Shown in pieces: positions 18,160-27,396 of a stretch of DNA of 38,382 nt (the stretch's first letter is position 1; each line of letters opens with the position of its first letter). Source of the stretch: a virus (taxonomy: Duplodnaviria > Caudoviricetes); the IMG/VR virus record IMGVR_UViG_3300011335_000282, positions 1 through 38,382 of that record; one strand, given 5' to 3'. Under the pieces are notes generated by a model. That model did not search any database, was not told the origin of the DNA, and saw nothing but the letters and a program-made list of their open reading frames with translations. The position numbers and the translations under genes are program-made.

Positions 18160-18582
18160 ATGGCACTTCCCTCAATCGGTGGCGGTTCGCAAATTGGCGA
18201 CGGCAATCTGAACGAAATTTCCCTCGGTTTTGGTGCGACTCCACAGACTGCGACTGCAACCGCAACGCTGACTGTGACTCAAATCATCAACGGTATTTTG
18301 GTTGGTAACCCTTCGACTACCGCCGCAAGTTATACCCTGCCAACCGCAGCATTGATTGACGCTACCGTCAACAACGCCAAAATTGGCAGCACGTTTGACT
18401 TGACCATCATCAACTTGGGCACCTCAACGGGCCTGATTACGGTGGTGGTTGGCACGGGCATCACGGCGGTTGGCAACTTGGTTGTTGCTATCACCGGAAG
18501 CTCGGCTGGCGTTGGTGGCGCGGCGCAATTCAAGTTCCGCAAAACCGGCGATGCTGCCTACACGGTGTATCGCGTCGCATAA
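18160..18582 (+). CDS. Capsid decoration/cement protein (putative)
   Basis: Strong RBS AAGGAG; co-transcribed with the coat gene up to a terminator; YTLPTAA motif. Confidence 0.65.
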   Translation: MALPSIGGGSQIGDGNLNEISLGFGATPQTATATATLTVTQIINGILVGNPSTTAASYTLPTAALIDATVNNAKIGSTFDLTIINLGTSTGLITVVVGTGITAVGNLVVAITGSSAGVGGAAQFKFRKTGDAAYTVYRVA

Positions 18583-18584
18583 AA

Positions 18585-18611
18585 GAAGGGGCTTCGGCCC
18601 CTTCCTTTTTT
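18585..18611 (+). terminator. Rho-independent terminator
   Basis: GAAGGGGC-TTCG-GCCCCTTC followed by CTTTTTT. Confidence 0.9.
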
Positions 18612-18622
18612 AAGGAATCATT

Positions 18623-19039
18623 ATGGCTAATACCAAATCAATTGGCGTTGCGTTTAGCGACCAAGACATCAGCGGTGCGGATGTCATTGAATCGTCTGGC
18701 ACGCTTGGCTACACCACTACCGCGCAAGGCAGCGTTACGCAAGCGACCAGCAAGGCTACCGGCGTCACGCTGAGTAAATCGGCTGGCCGTATTACGATGA
18801 ACGGTGCTGCGCTGGCCGGCAATGCGGCTGTGTCGTTTACTTTGACCAACACCCTCATTAGTGCCAACGATATACTGATCCTGTGTGTGTCGGGCGGCTC
18901 GGTTGCAGACGCTACAACGTACACCGCTTACGTCAACACCATGTCAGCAGGCTCGGCTAGTATTACGTTGCGTAACTTGACCGCTGTTTCGCAATCGGAA
19001 GCGGTGGTTTTGAACTTTGCGTTGATTCATTGCGCGTAA
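18623..19039 (+). CDS. Putative structural protein, 138 aa
   Basis: RBS TAAGGA; VTQATSKATGVTL...G.ITM...L....VSFTLTN motif. Confidence 0.65.
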   Translation: MANTKSIGVAFSDQDISGADVIESSGTLGYTTTAQGSVTQATSKATGVTLSKSAGRITMNGAALAGNAAVSFTLTNTLISANDILILCVSGGSVADATTYTAYVNTMSAGSASITLRNLTAVSQSEAVVLNFALIHCA

Positions 19040-19052
19040 AAAGGGGGTAGTC

Positions 19053-19763
19053 ATGACAACTGCTGGCGATCAGATCAATGCCGCTCTGCGGCTTTTGGGT
19101 GTCCTAGCAGAAGGCGAGACTACCTCCCCAGATGCGTCTCAGGACGCGCTCTCGGCGCTGAATCAGATGATTGACTCTTGGTCAACTGAGCGCCTGATGA
19201 TCTACAACACGATTGACCAGATGTTCACTTGGCCGTCTGGTGTGATCGAGCGCACGCTTGGGCCTACGGGCGACTTTGTTGGCGTGCGGCCTGTGCTGCT
19301 GGACGATTCAACGTACTACCGCGACCCCGGCACCAACGTGTCGTTTGGCATCAAGTTTATCAACCAGCAGCAGTACAACGGCATTGCGGTTAAAACGGTG
19401 ACTAGCACATATCCACAAGTGATGTGGATCAACATGGAACATCCCAACATCACCATGACCATCTATCCCAAGCCTACACGGGATTTGGAGTGGCATTTTG
19501 TTTCGGTGCAGGAACTGGCGCAGCCCGCAACGCTGGCAACGGAAATTTATATGCCGCCAGGATACTTGCGGGCGTTCAAGTACAACTTGGCCTGCGAGAT
19601 TGCGCCGGAGTTTGGCGTCGAGCCATCACCCACGGTGCAACGAATTGCAATGACCAGCAAGCGCAATCTCAAGCGCATCAACAGCCCTGATGATGTGATG
19701 TCGATGCCTTACGCCATTGTGGCGACTCGCCAGAGGTTCAACGTCTATGCGGGTAACTACTAA
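19053..19763 (+). CDS. Head-to-tail adaptor (P22 gp4-like)
   Basis: I..ALR.LGVLA.GE...ALN.MIDSW; YNLACEIAPEFG; position after the head genes. Confidence 0.8.
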   Translation: MTTAGDQINAALRLLGVLAEGETTSPDASQDALSALNQMIDSWSTERLMIYNTIDQMFTWPSGVIERTLGPTGDFVGVRPVLLDDSTYYRDPGTNVSFGIKFINQQQYNGIAVKTVTSTYPQVMWINMEHPNITMTIYPKPTRDLEWHFVSVQELAQPATLATEIYMPPGYLRAFKYNLACEIAPEFGVEPSPTVQRIAMTSKRNLKRINSPDDVMSMPYAIVATRQRFNVYAGNY

Positions 19764-21313
19764 TGCACACGCCCATTCTGGGTTCTAGCTATGTGGCTCG
19801 CAGCGTCAACGCTGCGGCTAACCGCATGGTCAACTTGTTCCCAGAAGTTATTCCAGAAGGCGGCAAAGAGCCTGCGTTTCTTAACCGAGCGCCTGGGCTG
19901 CGTTTCCTTCAAGCCGTGGGCACCGGCCCAATCCGAGGGCTGTGGGCGCACCAGACCAACGGCTCAGACTTCTACGTTGTGTCAGGCACAGAGGTCTACA
20001 AACTGACCTCCACCACCGGCACGCCGGTCAAACTGGGCGATGTGTCCGGTACTGGCCCCGTGTCGATTGCCGACAACGGCACGCAAATTTTCTTTGCTTG
20101 TAACGGCCCAAGCTACATTTATAACGAAGTTACCAACGTCTTCCAGCAGATCACCGACATTGACTTTCCCGGTGCCAAGACGGTTGGCTATCTGGACGGC
20201 TACTTTGTCTTCAACGAGCCAACCGGGCAGCGGATATGGGTTACTGCTATTCTTGAGGGCACTCAGATTGACCCGCTGGAATTTGCCAGCGCGGAAGGGT
20301 CGCCTGACGGTCTGGTGGCCGTCAACATCAACAACCGCGAGGCGTGGCTGTTTGGCGCTGACTCGGTGGAAGTCTGGTACGACGCTGGGCTGGCCGACTT
20401 CCCCCTGACGCGCATCCAAGGCGCGTTTTCTGAGGTTGGTTGCGTTGCGGCCTACTCTGTTGCCAAGCTGGACAATTCTTTGTGGTGGCTTGGCACCGAC
20501 GCTCGCGGTCAGGGCATCGTCTATCGCACGCAAGGCTACAGCGCCCTGCGCGTCAGCACGCACGCCATTGAGTACGCCATCGCGCAGTACGCCGACATCA
20601 GCACGGCGGTGGCCTACACCTACCAGCAAGAGGGGCACGCCTTTTATGTGCTGAGTTTTGCCGAGGCCACTTGGGTGTTTGATGTGGCGACAAGCGCATG
20701 GCATGAGCGTGCCGGGTTTGCTGATGGTGAGTTCACCCGGCACCGCGCCAACACCCAATGCAACTTTGGCGGCACGACGATTGTTGGCGACTACGAAAAC
20801 GGCAACATCTACGCGCTTGATCTGGATGTCTATGCCGACAACGGTGAGATTCAGAAGTGGTTGCGGTCTTGGCGGGCAATCCCTACCGGGCAGAACGACC
20901 TCAAGCGCACCGCGCACCATGCGTTGCAACTTGATTGCGAGTCCGGCGTCGGGTTGGACTATCTCAACCCTATCGGGCCAGTTGAGGTTGAAAACCTATA
21001 CGACTTGCTGCTGCTGGAAGACGGCGGCGAACTGCTGACTGAAGACGGTTTTGGCATCCTGCTCAACGAGACTGAGTGGAGCATGATGAAGCCGCGAGTT
21101 ATGCTGCGGTGGTCAGACGATGGCGGGCACACCTGGAGCAACGAGCATTGGTCGGACATGGGCGAGATTGGTCAGTTTAGCCACCGAGTGTTCTGGCGGC
21201 GTCTGGGCATGACGCTCAAGCTGCGAGATCGGGTGTATGAAGTCTCCGGCACAGACCCGGTGAAGGTGGCTATCATGGGCGCTGAACTTCAAGTGAGTGG
21301 CACCAATGCCTAA
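19763..21313 (+). CDS. Tail hub / DNA stabilization protein (P22 gp10-like)
   Basis: LDGYFVF, FASAEGSPD, YQQEGHAFYVL, LRWSDDGGHTWS, WRRLG. Confidence 0.85.
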   Translation: MHTPILGSSYVARSVNAAANRMVNLFPEVIPEGGKEPAFLNRAPGLRFLQAVGTGPIRGLWAHQTNGSDFYVVSGTEVYKLTSTTGTPVKLGDVSGTGPVSIADNGTQIFFACNGPSYIYNEVTNVFQQITDIDFPGAKTVGYLDGYFVFNEPTGQRIWVTAILEGTQIDPLEFASAEGSPDGLVAVNINNREAWLFGADSVEVWYDAGLADFPLTRIQGAFSEVGCVAAYSVAKLDNSLWWLGTDARGQGIVYRTQGYSALRVSTHAIEYAIAQYADISTAVAYTYQQEGHAFYVLSFAEATWVFDVATSAWHERAGFADGEFTRHRANTQCNFGGTTIVGDYENGNIYALDLDVYADNGEIQKWLRSWRAIPTGQNDLKRTAHHALQLDCESGVGLDYLNPIGPVEVENLYDLLLLEDGGELLTEDGFGILLNETEWSMMKPRVMLRWSDDGGHTWSNEHWSDMGEIGQFSHRVFWRRLGMTLKLRDRVYEVSGTDPVKVAIMGAELQVSGTNA

Positions 21314-22457
21314 CATCACTCAGATTCCTGCGCCGCGAGTGCCGGTGATTGACGAGAAGACGGGGCTGATGTCTCGGGAGTGGTATCGGTTTTTTGTCAA
21401 CCTGTTCAACCTGACAGGCGACGGCTCAAACACCATCTCGCTGACAGACTTGCAAGTGGGGCCACCGTCTTTGGATGGTTTTGCTTTTAATACTACGTCT
21501 TACGCCGATTTGGCCCCGCCTGTCATACCGGCGCAGCCTGCTGGCTCTAACACCCAAGTTCAGTTCAACAGCGACGGCTCGTTTGGGGCAAGCGCCAACT
21601 TCACCTACGTCACAGGCACCAATACCTTCACCGTTGGGCCTGCGGGGGCCACAACGACCATTGAGACGCTTGCGCCTACGGGCGCTACGGTTGCGGGAAC
21701 CTTGCGGCTTCTGGGCAAGAACGCCAGCGCGGCCAACGGTGCGGGGGGCGGTCTTCAGTTTACTGGTGGTACTGCGCTTGGCACGGGCACAGGCGGTGGC
21801 TTGTCATTCAATACCGGCACCGGCCAAACTGGTGGAAACTTAGGTTTTACCTCTGCCAACGGAACAATTTTTGGTGGCTCCGTAACTTTTAACGCTGGAA
21901 GCGGCAGCGGCCCGACGGGCGTTGGGGGCAGTTTTGTTCTAAACGCTGGTTTGGGGACTACTACGGCGTCAGGTGGCAACTTTGAGATGAACGCTGGCGC
22001 GGCTGCGTCATCTGGTGCGGGCGGCAATTTTACCATGCTGGCGGGCGCGTCAGTCACCGGGCAAGGTGGAGAAGTTACGATTGCCTCTGGTTTTGGAGTT
22101 CCAAGCGGCAGCATCTATTTAGGCGCTGACTCAGGGACTGTGATTCAAGTCACCCAGAACGCAACCCCTACATTGCAACTGGGATTCTTTGGGACAACGC
22201 CTGTTGCACAGGCCGCTGCCTACACAAAGACTTACGCTACAGCATCTCGCGTTATTCCCGTTGCGACGTTTACAAACCTTGTCACCACAGCGGCAACAAA
22301 CGTCGCTCCCTACGGATTCACCACAGCAGCGCAAGCAGACGCCATAGCCACCAAGGTCAACGCTTTGGCAGCAGATGTGCTGATACTAAAACAGTTGATC
22401 GTTTCGCTTGTTAACGACTCATCAACAACCCTTGGGGTTGGTTTGAACGCAACTTGA
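21306..22457 (+). CDS. Tail needle/fibre in the gp26 position, with Gly-rich repeats
   Basis: N-terminal PAPRVP..D..TG.MSREWYRFF; about eight GG.(hydrophobic).(hydrophobic)..G repeats; C-terminal helix. Confidence 0.65.
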   Translation: MPNITQIPAPRVPVIDEKTGLMSREWYRFFVNLFNLTGDGSNTISLTDLQVGPPSLDGFAFNTTSYADLAPPVIPAQPAGSNTQVQFNSDGSFGASANFTYVTGTNTFTVGPAGATTTIETLAPTGATVAGTLRLLGKNASAANGAGGGLQFTGGTALGTGTGGGLSFNTGTGQTGGNLGFTSANGTIFGGSVTFNAGSGSGPTGVGGSFVLNAGLGTTTASGGNFEMNAGAAASSGAGGNFTMLAGASVTGQGGEVTIASGFGVPSGSIYLGADSGTVIQVTQNATPTLQLGFFGTTPVAQAAAYTKTYATASRVIPVATFTNLVTTAATNVAPYGFTTAAQADAIATKVNALAADVLILKQLIVSLVNDSSTTLGVGLNAT

Positions 22458-22464
22458 GGCTCTT

Positions 22465-24291
22465 ATGACCGCAGCACTTACGCCAGTTCCCAAGATTCAA
22501 TTCTTTGCCGACGACGGCACGCCGCTGGTTGGCGGCAAGCTGTACAGCTACGCTGCGGGCACCACGACCCCGCTGGCGACGTACACCACCTATGCCGGTA
22601 CGGTAGCCAACACTAACCCGGTCATCTTGGACTCGCGTGGCGAGGCTAACGTGTGGCTAGGCGCAAGCTTTTACAAGCTGGCGCTGTACGACGCTGACGA
22701 TGCGTTGATTTGGACGGTGGACAACATCACGCCAGAAGGTGATGCTGCCCTTGTCAGTTATCTGCCCGCAGGCACCGGCGCTGTTGTCACCACCGTGCAG
22801 GCCAAGCTGCGCGAGAGCGTGAGCGTTGCCGACTTTGGCGCGGTGGGCGACGGGGTGACTGACGATACCGCTGCCATTCAAGCGGCTCTGAATACTGGAG
22901 CGCAAGTCACATTTGAGAAGTTGACGTATTTGATTTCGTCATCGCTTTCCGTGCCAAGTGGTGGTGGGCTTATAGGAAAGGGCACTGCTCAATATCCATT
23001 AGCAGCGTACAACTCAGACACAACAGTTTTTAATGGCAGCACAAGAATTCTGGCATCCGCTGCCTTCCCTGCTAGTAGAGCAATGGTCGAAGTCAACACA
23101 TCAGCGGGGGCCAATTACGCCAAGCAAGGCGTGTACGTTGGCAATCTTGTACTGGATTGCAACAGCGTCGCCCAAAAGGGGCTTGAACTGTCAACGGTCA
23201 AACAATCGACGTTTGAGAATTTGTTCATTAGGTTGGCAACGAGCATTGGCCTGAATGTGACTTGCAATTCTGTTGCAAACGCAACAGTTAAAGGCAACAA
23301 CGCCACCCAGTTCAATAATTTCAACAACATCACATCTTACGTTGCTTACAACGGCAACGTCACTTCTGCTGTTGGAATATATCTGACTGGCAACATCAAT
23401 AATAACGTCAACCAAAATACTTGGACAAACATTTACGTTGTTCATGGGAATGGAAATGGCATAGAAATACACAACGCAGATACCGACTTGTGGGCAAGAG
23501 TTAACACCCTATCGTGGGGCACCGGATACGGGTGTGTGCTTTACGGGGACGACACCGGGACAACTCAGTTTGCTCGAAACATTACAATGGTTGGTGTGCA
23601 ATTTTCCGGCGCATTTGGCACTGGTGGTTTGCTTGCAAAATCTGGTGCAGGTTTTTCGTCCAACTGGAACATGGTTTTCGGGTATTCCCAAGGGAATGGC
23701 TCTCCAGCACCAATCGTGGAAAACGGAGCGCGGTTTAGTTGGTACACGGAATCTGGCCCAGTTATCAGCGATCCTAATTTTCCGATTGAGGCATTTAATC
23801 GGACAAATTCTTACGGCGCAGGCAACACTATTTCCGACAGAATTCACCAAGGTAAAATCACCGCTGGCGGTGTAGTTACGTTTGCGGAAGAACGCATTTA
23901 TTCTCGGGGCGGCGCTGGCGCAGAGTATGGTGAATGGGTTCTTAACGCATACGATGCTGGGACATCTTATGAGATGCTCAAGGTAAGCCATCTCAACGGC
24001 ATTTCATTTGGTGGCGGAACTGGTATCAAAAAAATCTTGAGTGCTGGTGTAGCGCTTGATTTTCCTTCTATTGCAGCGCAAAGTTCTCAAGTTTTAACTG
24101 TTACTGTTACTGGGGCGAACGTAAACGACCCCGTTGCTGTCGGGCTTCCATCTAACGGCATAAACGCTGCGCTTGTCACCAATGCTTATGTATCCGCTGC
24201 TGATACGGTTTCAGTTCGCGTTTTAAATGTGTCTGCTGCGGCAGTAGACCCCGGCTCTTTGTTTTTCAGAGTCACGGTGTTTGTTTATTGA
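22465..24291 (+). CDS. Tailspike 2 with a particle-binding N-terminal domain and a beta-helix body
   Basis: QFF..DG.PL.GGKLY.Y.AGTTTP..TY, NTNPVILDSRGEA; VSVADFGAVGDGVTDDTAAIQ. Confidence 0.85.
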   Translation: MTAALTPVPKIQFFADDGTPLVGGKLYSYAAGTTTPLATYTTYAGTVANTNPVILDSRGEANVWLGASFYKLALYDADDALIWTVDNITPEGDAALVSYLPAGTGAVVTTVQAKLRESVSVADFGAVGDGVTDDTAAIQAALNTGAQVTFEKLTYLISSSLSVPSGGGLIGKGTAQYPLAAYNSDTTVFNGSTRILASAAFPASRAMVEVNTSAGANYAKQGVYVGNLVLDCNSVAQKGLELSTVKQSTFENLFIRLATSIGLNVTCNSVANATVKGNNATQFNNFNNITSYVAYNGNVTSAVGIYLTGNINNNVNQNTWTNIYVVHGNGNGIEIHNADTDLWARVNTLSWGTGYGCVLYGDDTGTTQFARNITMVGVQFSGAFGTGGLLAKSGAGFSSNWNMVFGYSQGNGSPAPIVENGARFSWYTESGPVISDPNFPIEAFNRTNSYGAGNTISDRIHQGKITAGGVVTFAEERIYSRGGAGAEYGEWVLNAYDAGTSYEMLKVSHLNGISFGGGTGIKKILSAGVALDFPSIAAQSSQVLTVTVTGANVNDPVAVGLPSNGINAALVTNAYVSAADTVSVRVLNVSAAAVDPGSLFFRVTVFVY

Positions 24292-24578
24292 TGCGCGATA
24301 TGCAAATCCTTGAACATCTCCTAATTTCCATTTGCCTGCAAGCCGTGATCGGCTTTGCCACAGGCAACTGGTGGGCGGGTGCTGCGGTGTGCGCTGCGCT
24401 GTGGATCGGGCGCGAGCAGGCCCAGGCTGAGTACCGGTGGATCGCCCAGCACGATGGCAAGCGCGAAAACTTGCGCTGGTGGAACGCGCTAGACCCAAAG
24501 GTCTGGAACACGCATAATTTCTTCTGGAACCTCGTGCTGCCTATTGTGGCGGTGACGATCATTGGAGTGCTGGCATGA
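24288..24578 (+). CDS. Small membrane protein
   Basis: Two to three hydrophobic segments; GREQAQAEYRWI motif. Confidence 0.6.
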   Translation: MMRDMQILEHLLISICLQAVIGFATGNWWAGAAVCAALWIGREQAQAEYRWIAQHDGKRENLRWWNALDPKVWNTHNFFWNLVLPIVAVTIIGVLA

Positions 24579-24910
24579 CAGTCACCGTTAAAGTTCTGAT
24601 CCCGGCCAAGACCGCCGAGGCCGCGCAGACGACGCAGTACACCGCGACGAACGTGACGACGATCATCGACAAGTTCACCGCCACGAACTACACCGGCACC
24701 GCCGCAACGATCAGCGTGAACTTGGTGACCGCTGCCGGGTCTGCCAGCAACGACAACCTCATCACTAGGCTCAAGACGCTGCAACCGTCTGAGGTGTATA
24801 CGTTTCCGGAAATTGTCGGTCAGGTGCTGTCGCCGTCATCGTTCATCTCAACCATCGCTGGCACGGCCAGCGCGATCAACATTCGGGCGTCTGGGCGTGA
24901 AGTTACATGA
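24575..24910 (+). CDS. Hypothetical protein, probably structural
   Basis: ATGA coupling; T-rich beta composition. Confidence 0.65.
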   Translation: MTVTVKVLIPAKTAEAAQTTQYTATNVTTIIDKFTATNYTGTAATISVNLVTAAGSASNDNLITRLKTLQPSEVYTFPEIVGQVLSPSSFISTIAGTASAINIRASGREVT

Positions 24911-25250
24911 TGACGTTTGGAAGGTGATCTGCAATTACACCGACGTTGCGGATGGCACGCGAGAGTGGATCGAAGAAAACCTAGACATTACGCCGTTTGA
25001 CGGCGGCGCGTTCATCGCCGATGGCAATGAATTCGATTTGTTTGTAGTTCCTGAGCGCCGTGGGCGCTGGAACATCCGTGGTCAAGTAACGAAGTTTCTT
25101 AGTACAATGGGCCGCAAGCACGGCACCCTTGTGGCTGAGATTTACGAAGACAATCTGCCGTCTTTGCGTTTGGCAAAGCATTTCGGGTTCCGCGAAGTCG
25201 GGCGCGACGGCGACATGATTCGATTGGAGAGCACCGCATGGGCAAAGTAG
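24897..25250 (+). CDS. GNAT-like protein (position of P22 gp14/T7 gp13); start re-assigned to GTG 24897
   Basis: VVPERRGRW and DNLPSLRLAKHFGFREVG GNAT motifs; precedes the ejection genes. Confidence 0.7.
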   Translation: MKLHDDVWKVICNYTDVADGTREWIEENLDITPFDGGAFIADGNEFDLFVVPERRGRWNIRGQVTKFLSTMGRKHGTLVAEIYEDNLPSLRLAKHFGFREVGRDGDMIRLESTAWAK

Positions 25251-26104
25251 TTAAAAAAGTAGCCAAAAAACTGGTGAAACCGGCGGTGCGTGCCGGGGCC
25301 GCATACGTTACTGGCGGGGGTTCAGAAGTTGCTCGCGCTGCAATGTCTGGCGGCGGTGGTGGCGGTTACGCCGACATCATCAACGCAGCCGGTGACATAT
25401 TTGGCGCAAACAAGCAGTCGAAAGCCATCAAATCAGCGGCAGACACCGAGGCCCAAGCGTCAAGGTACGCGCTTGATCTGCAAGAGCGGATGTTCAACCA
25501 GCAAAACGCGCTGCAAAGACAACTGTATGACGAGCAAGTTGCGCGACAAGAACCGTTCCGGTTGTCGGGCCTGCAATCTCAAAACAGGCTGAACGAGCTG
25601 ATGGGGCTGGGCGCGAACACCGGCAGCGATCTGTACGGCAAATACGCCCGCGACTTCTCAACGCAAGACTTTCAAGCCGACCCAGGCTATGCGTTTCGGA
25701 TGCAAGAAGGTTTGACCGCGCTAGACCGCCAAGCTGCTGCGCGTGGTGGGCTAATCTCTGGCGGGGCGTTGAAGGCCGCGCAACGGTACGGGCAGGACAT
25801 GGGCTCGCAAGAGTACCAGAACGCTTTTAACCGTTACCAGACCAACCGCGCCAACCAACTGAATCCGCTGCAAAGCATGATGGGTGCTGGGCAAACCTCA
25901 GTCAACGCGCTGGGCAACACTTCGCAAGCGTATGGCTCTGCCGCAGGTAACGCGGCGCAGAACTACGCAACCGGCGGCAGCGGCATCGCCACGACAAGCG
26001 GTGCAAACCAAGCAGACTTGCGTTTGGCTAGGGGCAACGTCTCTGCGGGCCAGTACGGAAACTACGGCAACTTGTTGGGCGCAATCGGAGGGCTGTACAA
26101 ATGA
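25238..26104 (+). CDS. DNA ejection protein (gp7-like)
   Basis: G/A/Q/N-rich; DPGYAFR..EG...L...AAARGGL.SG..LKA...YGQ motif. Confidence 0.75.
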   Translation: MGKVVKKVAKKLVKPAVRAGAAYVTGGGSEVARAAMSGGGGGGYADIINAAGDIFGANKQSKAIKSAADTEAQASRYALDLQERMFNQQNALQRQLYDEQVARQEPFRLSGLQSQNRLNELMGLGANTGSDLYGKYARDFSTQDFQADPGYAFRMQEGLTALDRQAAARGGLISGGALKAAQRYGQDMGSQEYQNAFNRYQTNRANQLNPLQSMMGAGQTSVNALGNTSQAYGSAAGNAAQNYATGGSGIATTSGANQADLRLARGNVSAGQYGNYGNLLGAIGGLYK

Positions 26105-27396
26105 GAGTTAACGCTGGCATCGTCGACCCAAACCTAACGCAAGGCGTAATGACGAAGGGGTACAACGCCTACATAGACCGTGGCAACGCGCTGGCGAACC
26201 AAGAGCGGGCCAACAAGCTGGCTGATTTGCAGTACAACCAAGCAATGGATGCTGAGACGCAACGCCGCGCGTTGCAGTCTTACTACGCCAATAAAAACCC
26301 CAACGACCCTGACTTTGAGCAGGGGCTGGGCATGATCGTCGGCCCGCAGGGGGTGATGGATTACAGAACAAAAAAAGCCGCAGCGGGAAAAGCAGAGTTT
26401 GAATTCCGCGCAAAGAAGGACGACTTTCTCAACCAGTTCAAGCGCAACGCTTCGGCTGACCCGTCAGGCGCAAATTTAGCGAAGTGGCGCGACATCGCCG
26501 TGCGTGAGGGGTTTTACTCCGCAGAAGAAGCCGACGATACGGTTGAGCAACTGCTGCAAATGCCTGTTGAAGAACGCGTGCGGGTGTTGTCGCAAGCTGG
26601 CGCTAGCCCCGGCGAGTTGAAGCCTAGCACCATCCAAATCAACCGTAACGGGCAGACTGATGTAGCCCAAGTAGCGGCGTTTGGCGGCGCGCCTAGGACG
26701 GTCGGCACATACGCGGACGTTGCACCGCCGCAAGATGTTATAGATGCTAGGGCGCGCGTCGCTGCTGCCGGAAGGCCAGAAGGCGCAAAAATTTATATTC
26801 CACCTCAAGCAAGTGAGGAACAGAAAGCGCGCGGCGGGATGCTGGTTAAGCAGTACGGAGCGGTTTCAGATCAAGCGGGTATCGCCGTTAAAACACTACC
26901 GGCTATTCAAGATAACTTAAAAATTCTTGAGAACGGCTTTAACACAGGTTTTGGTACTGAAGCACAAGCCGCTGGCGCTAAAGTGCTAGGCGCGCTCGGC
27001 GTCAAGGACGCTGAAAAGTACGCCACCAACGCGCAAATTTTTAACGCCAACGCTACGCAAGCCGTGCTGCAACGGCAGCTTGAACAGAAAGGCCCGCAGA
27101 CAGAATCTGACGCGCAGCGCATTAAGGAAACCGGCGCGCAGTTGGGCAACACCGCTGGGGGCAATAAATTTATGCTCACCGTCGCTCAAGAGCAACTCAA
27201 GCGCGACATTGAGCAGCGCAGCTTCTATGACAAGTGGTGGAAGGCCAATAAGACCTACGACGGTGCGGAAGATGCGTGGTACGAAGGTGACGGCGGCAAG
27301 TCGCTGTTTGACCGGCCTGCGCTTAAAGACTTTGGAAAACAGGCTGACAAACGTAAGCCGCTAGACCAAATTTTTGGCGGCAAAAAAAATGGCTGA
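26101..27396 (+). CDS. DNA ejection protein (gp20-like)
   Basis: Helical Q/A-rich protein; middle of three ejection-type genes. Confidence 0.6.
   Translation: MRVNAGIVDPNLTQGVMTKGYNAYIDRGNALANQERANKLADLQYNQAMDAETQRRALQSYYANKNPNDPDFEQGLGMIVGPQGVMDYRTKKAAAGKAEFEFRAKKDDFLNQFKRNASADPSGANLAKWRDIAVREGFYSAEEADDTVEQLLQMPVEERVRVLSQAGASPGELKPSTIQINRNGQTDVAQVAAFGGAPRTVGTYADVAPPQDVIDARARVAAAGRPEGAKIYIPPQASEEQKARGGMLVKQYGAVSDQAGIAVKTLPAIQDNLKILENGFNTGFGTEAQAAGAKVLGALGVKDAEKYATNAQIFNANATQAVLQRQLEQKGPQTESDAQRIKETGAQLGNTAGGNKFMLTVAQEQLKRDIEQRSFYDKWWKANKTYDGAEDAWYEGDGGKSLFDRPALKDFGKQADKRKPLDQIFGGKKNG

Noticed and set aside
14385-24291. Diversity-generating retroelement or invertible tail cassette
   Set aside because: No reverse transcriptase or invertase, and no near-identical TR/VR pair seen; tailspike similarity is limited to a short junction
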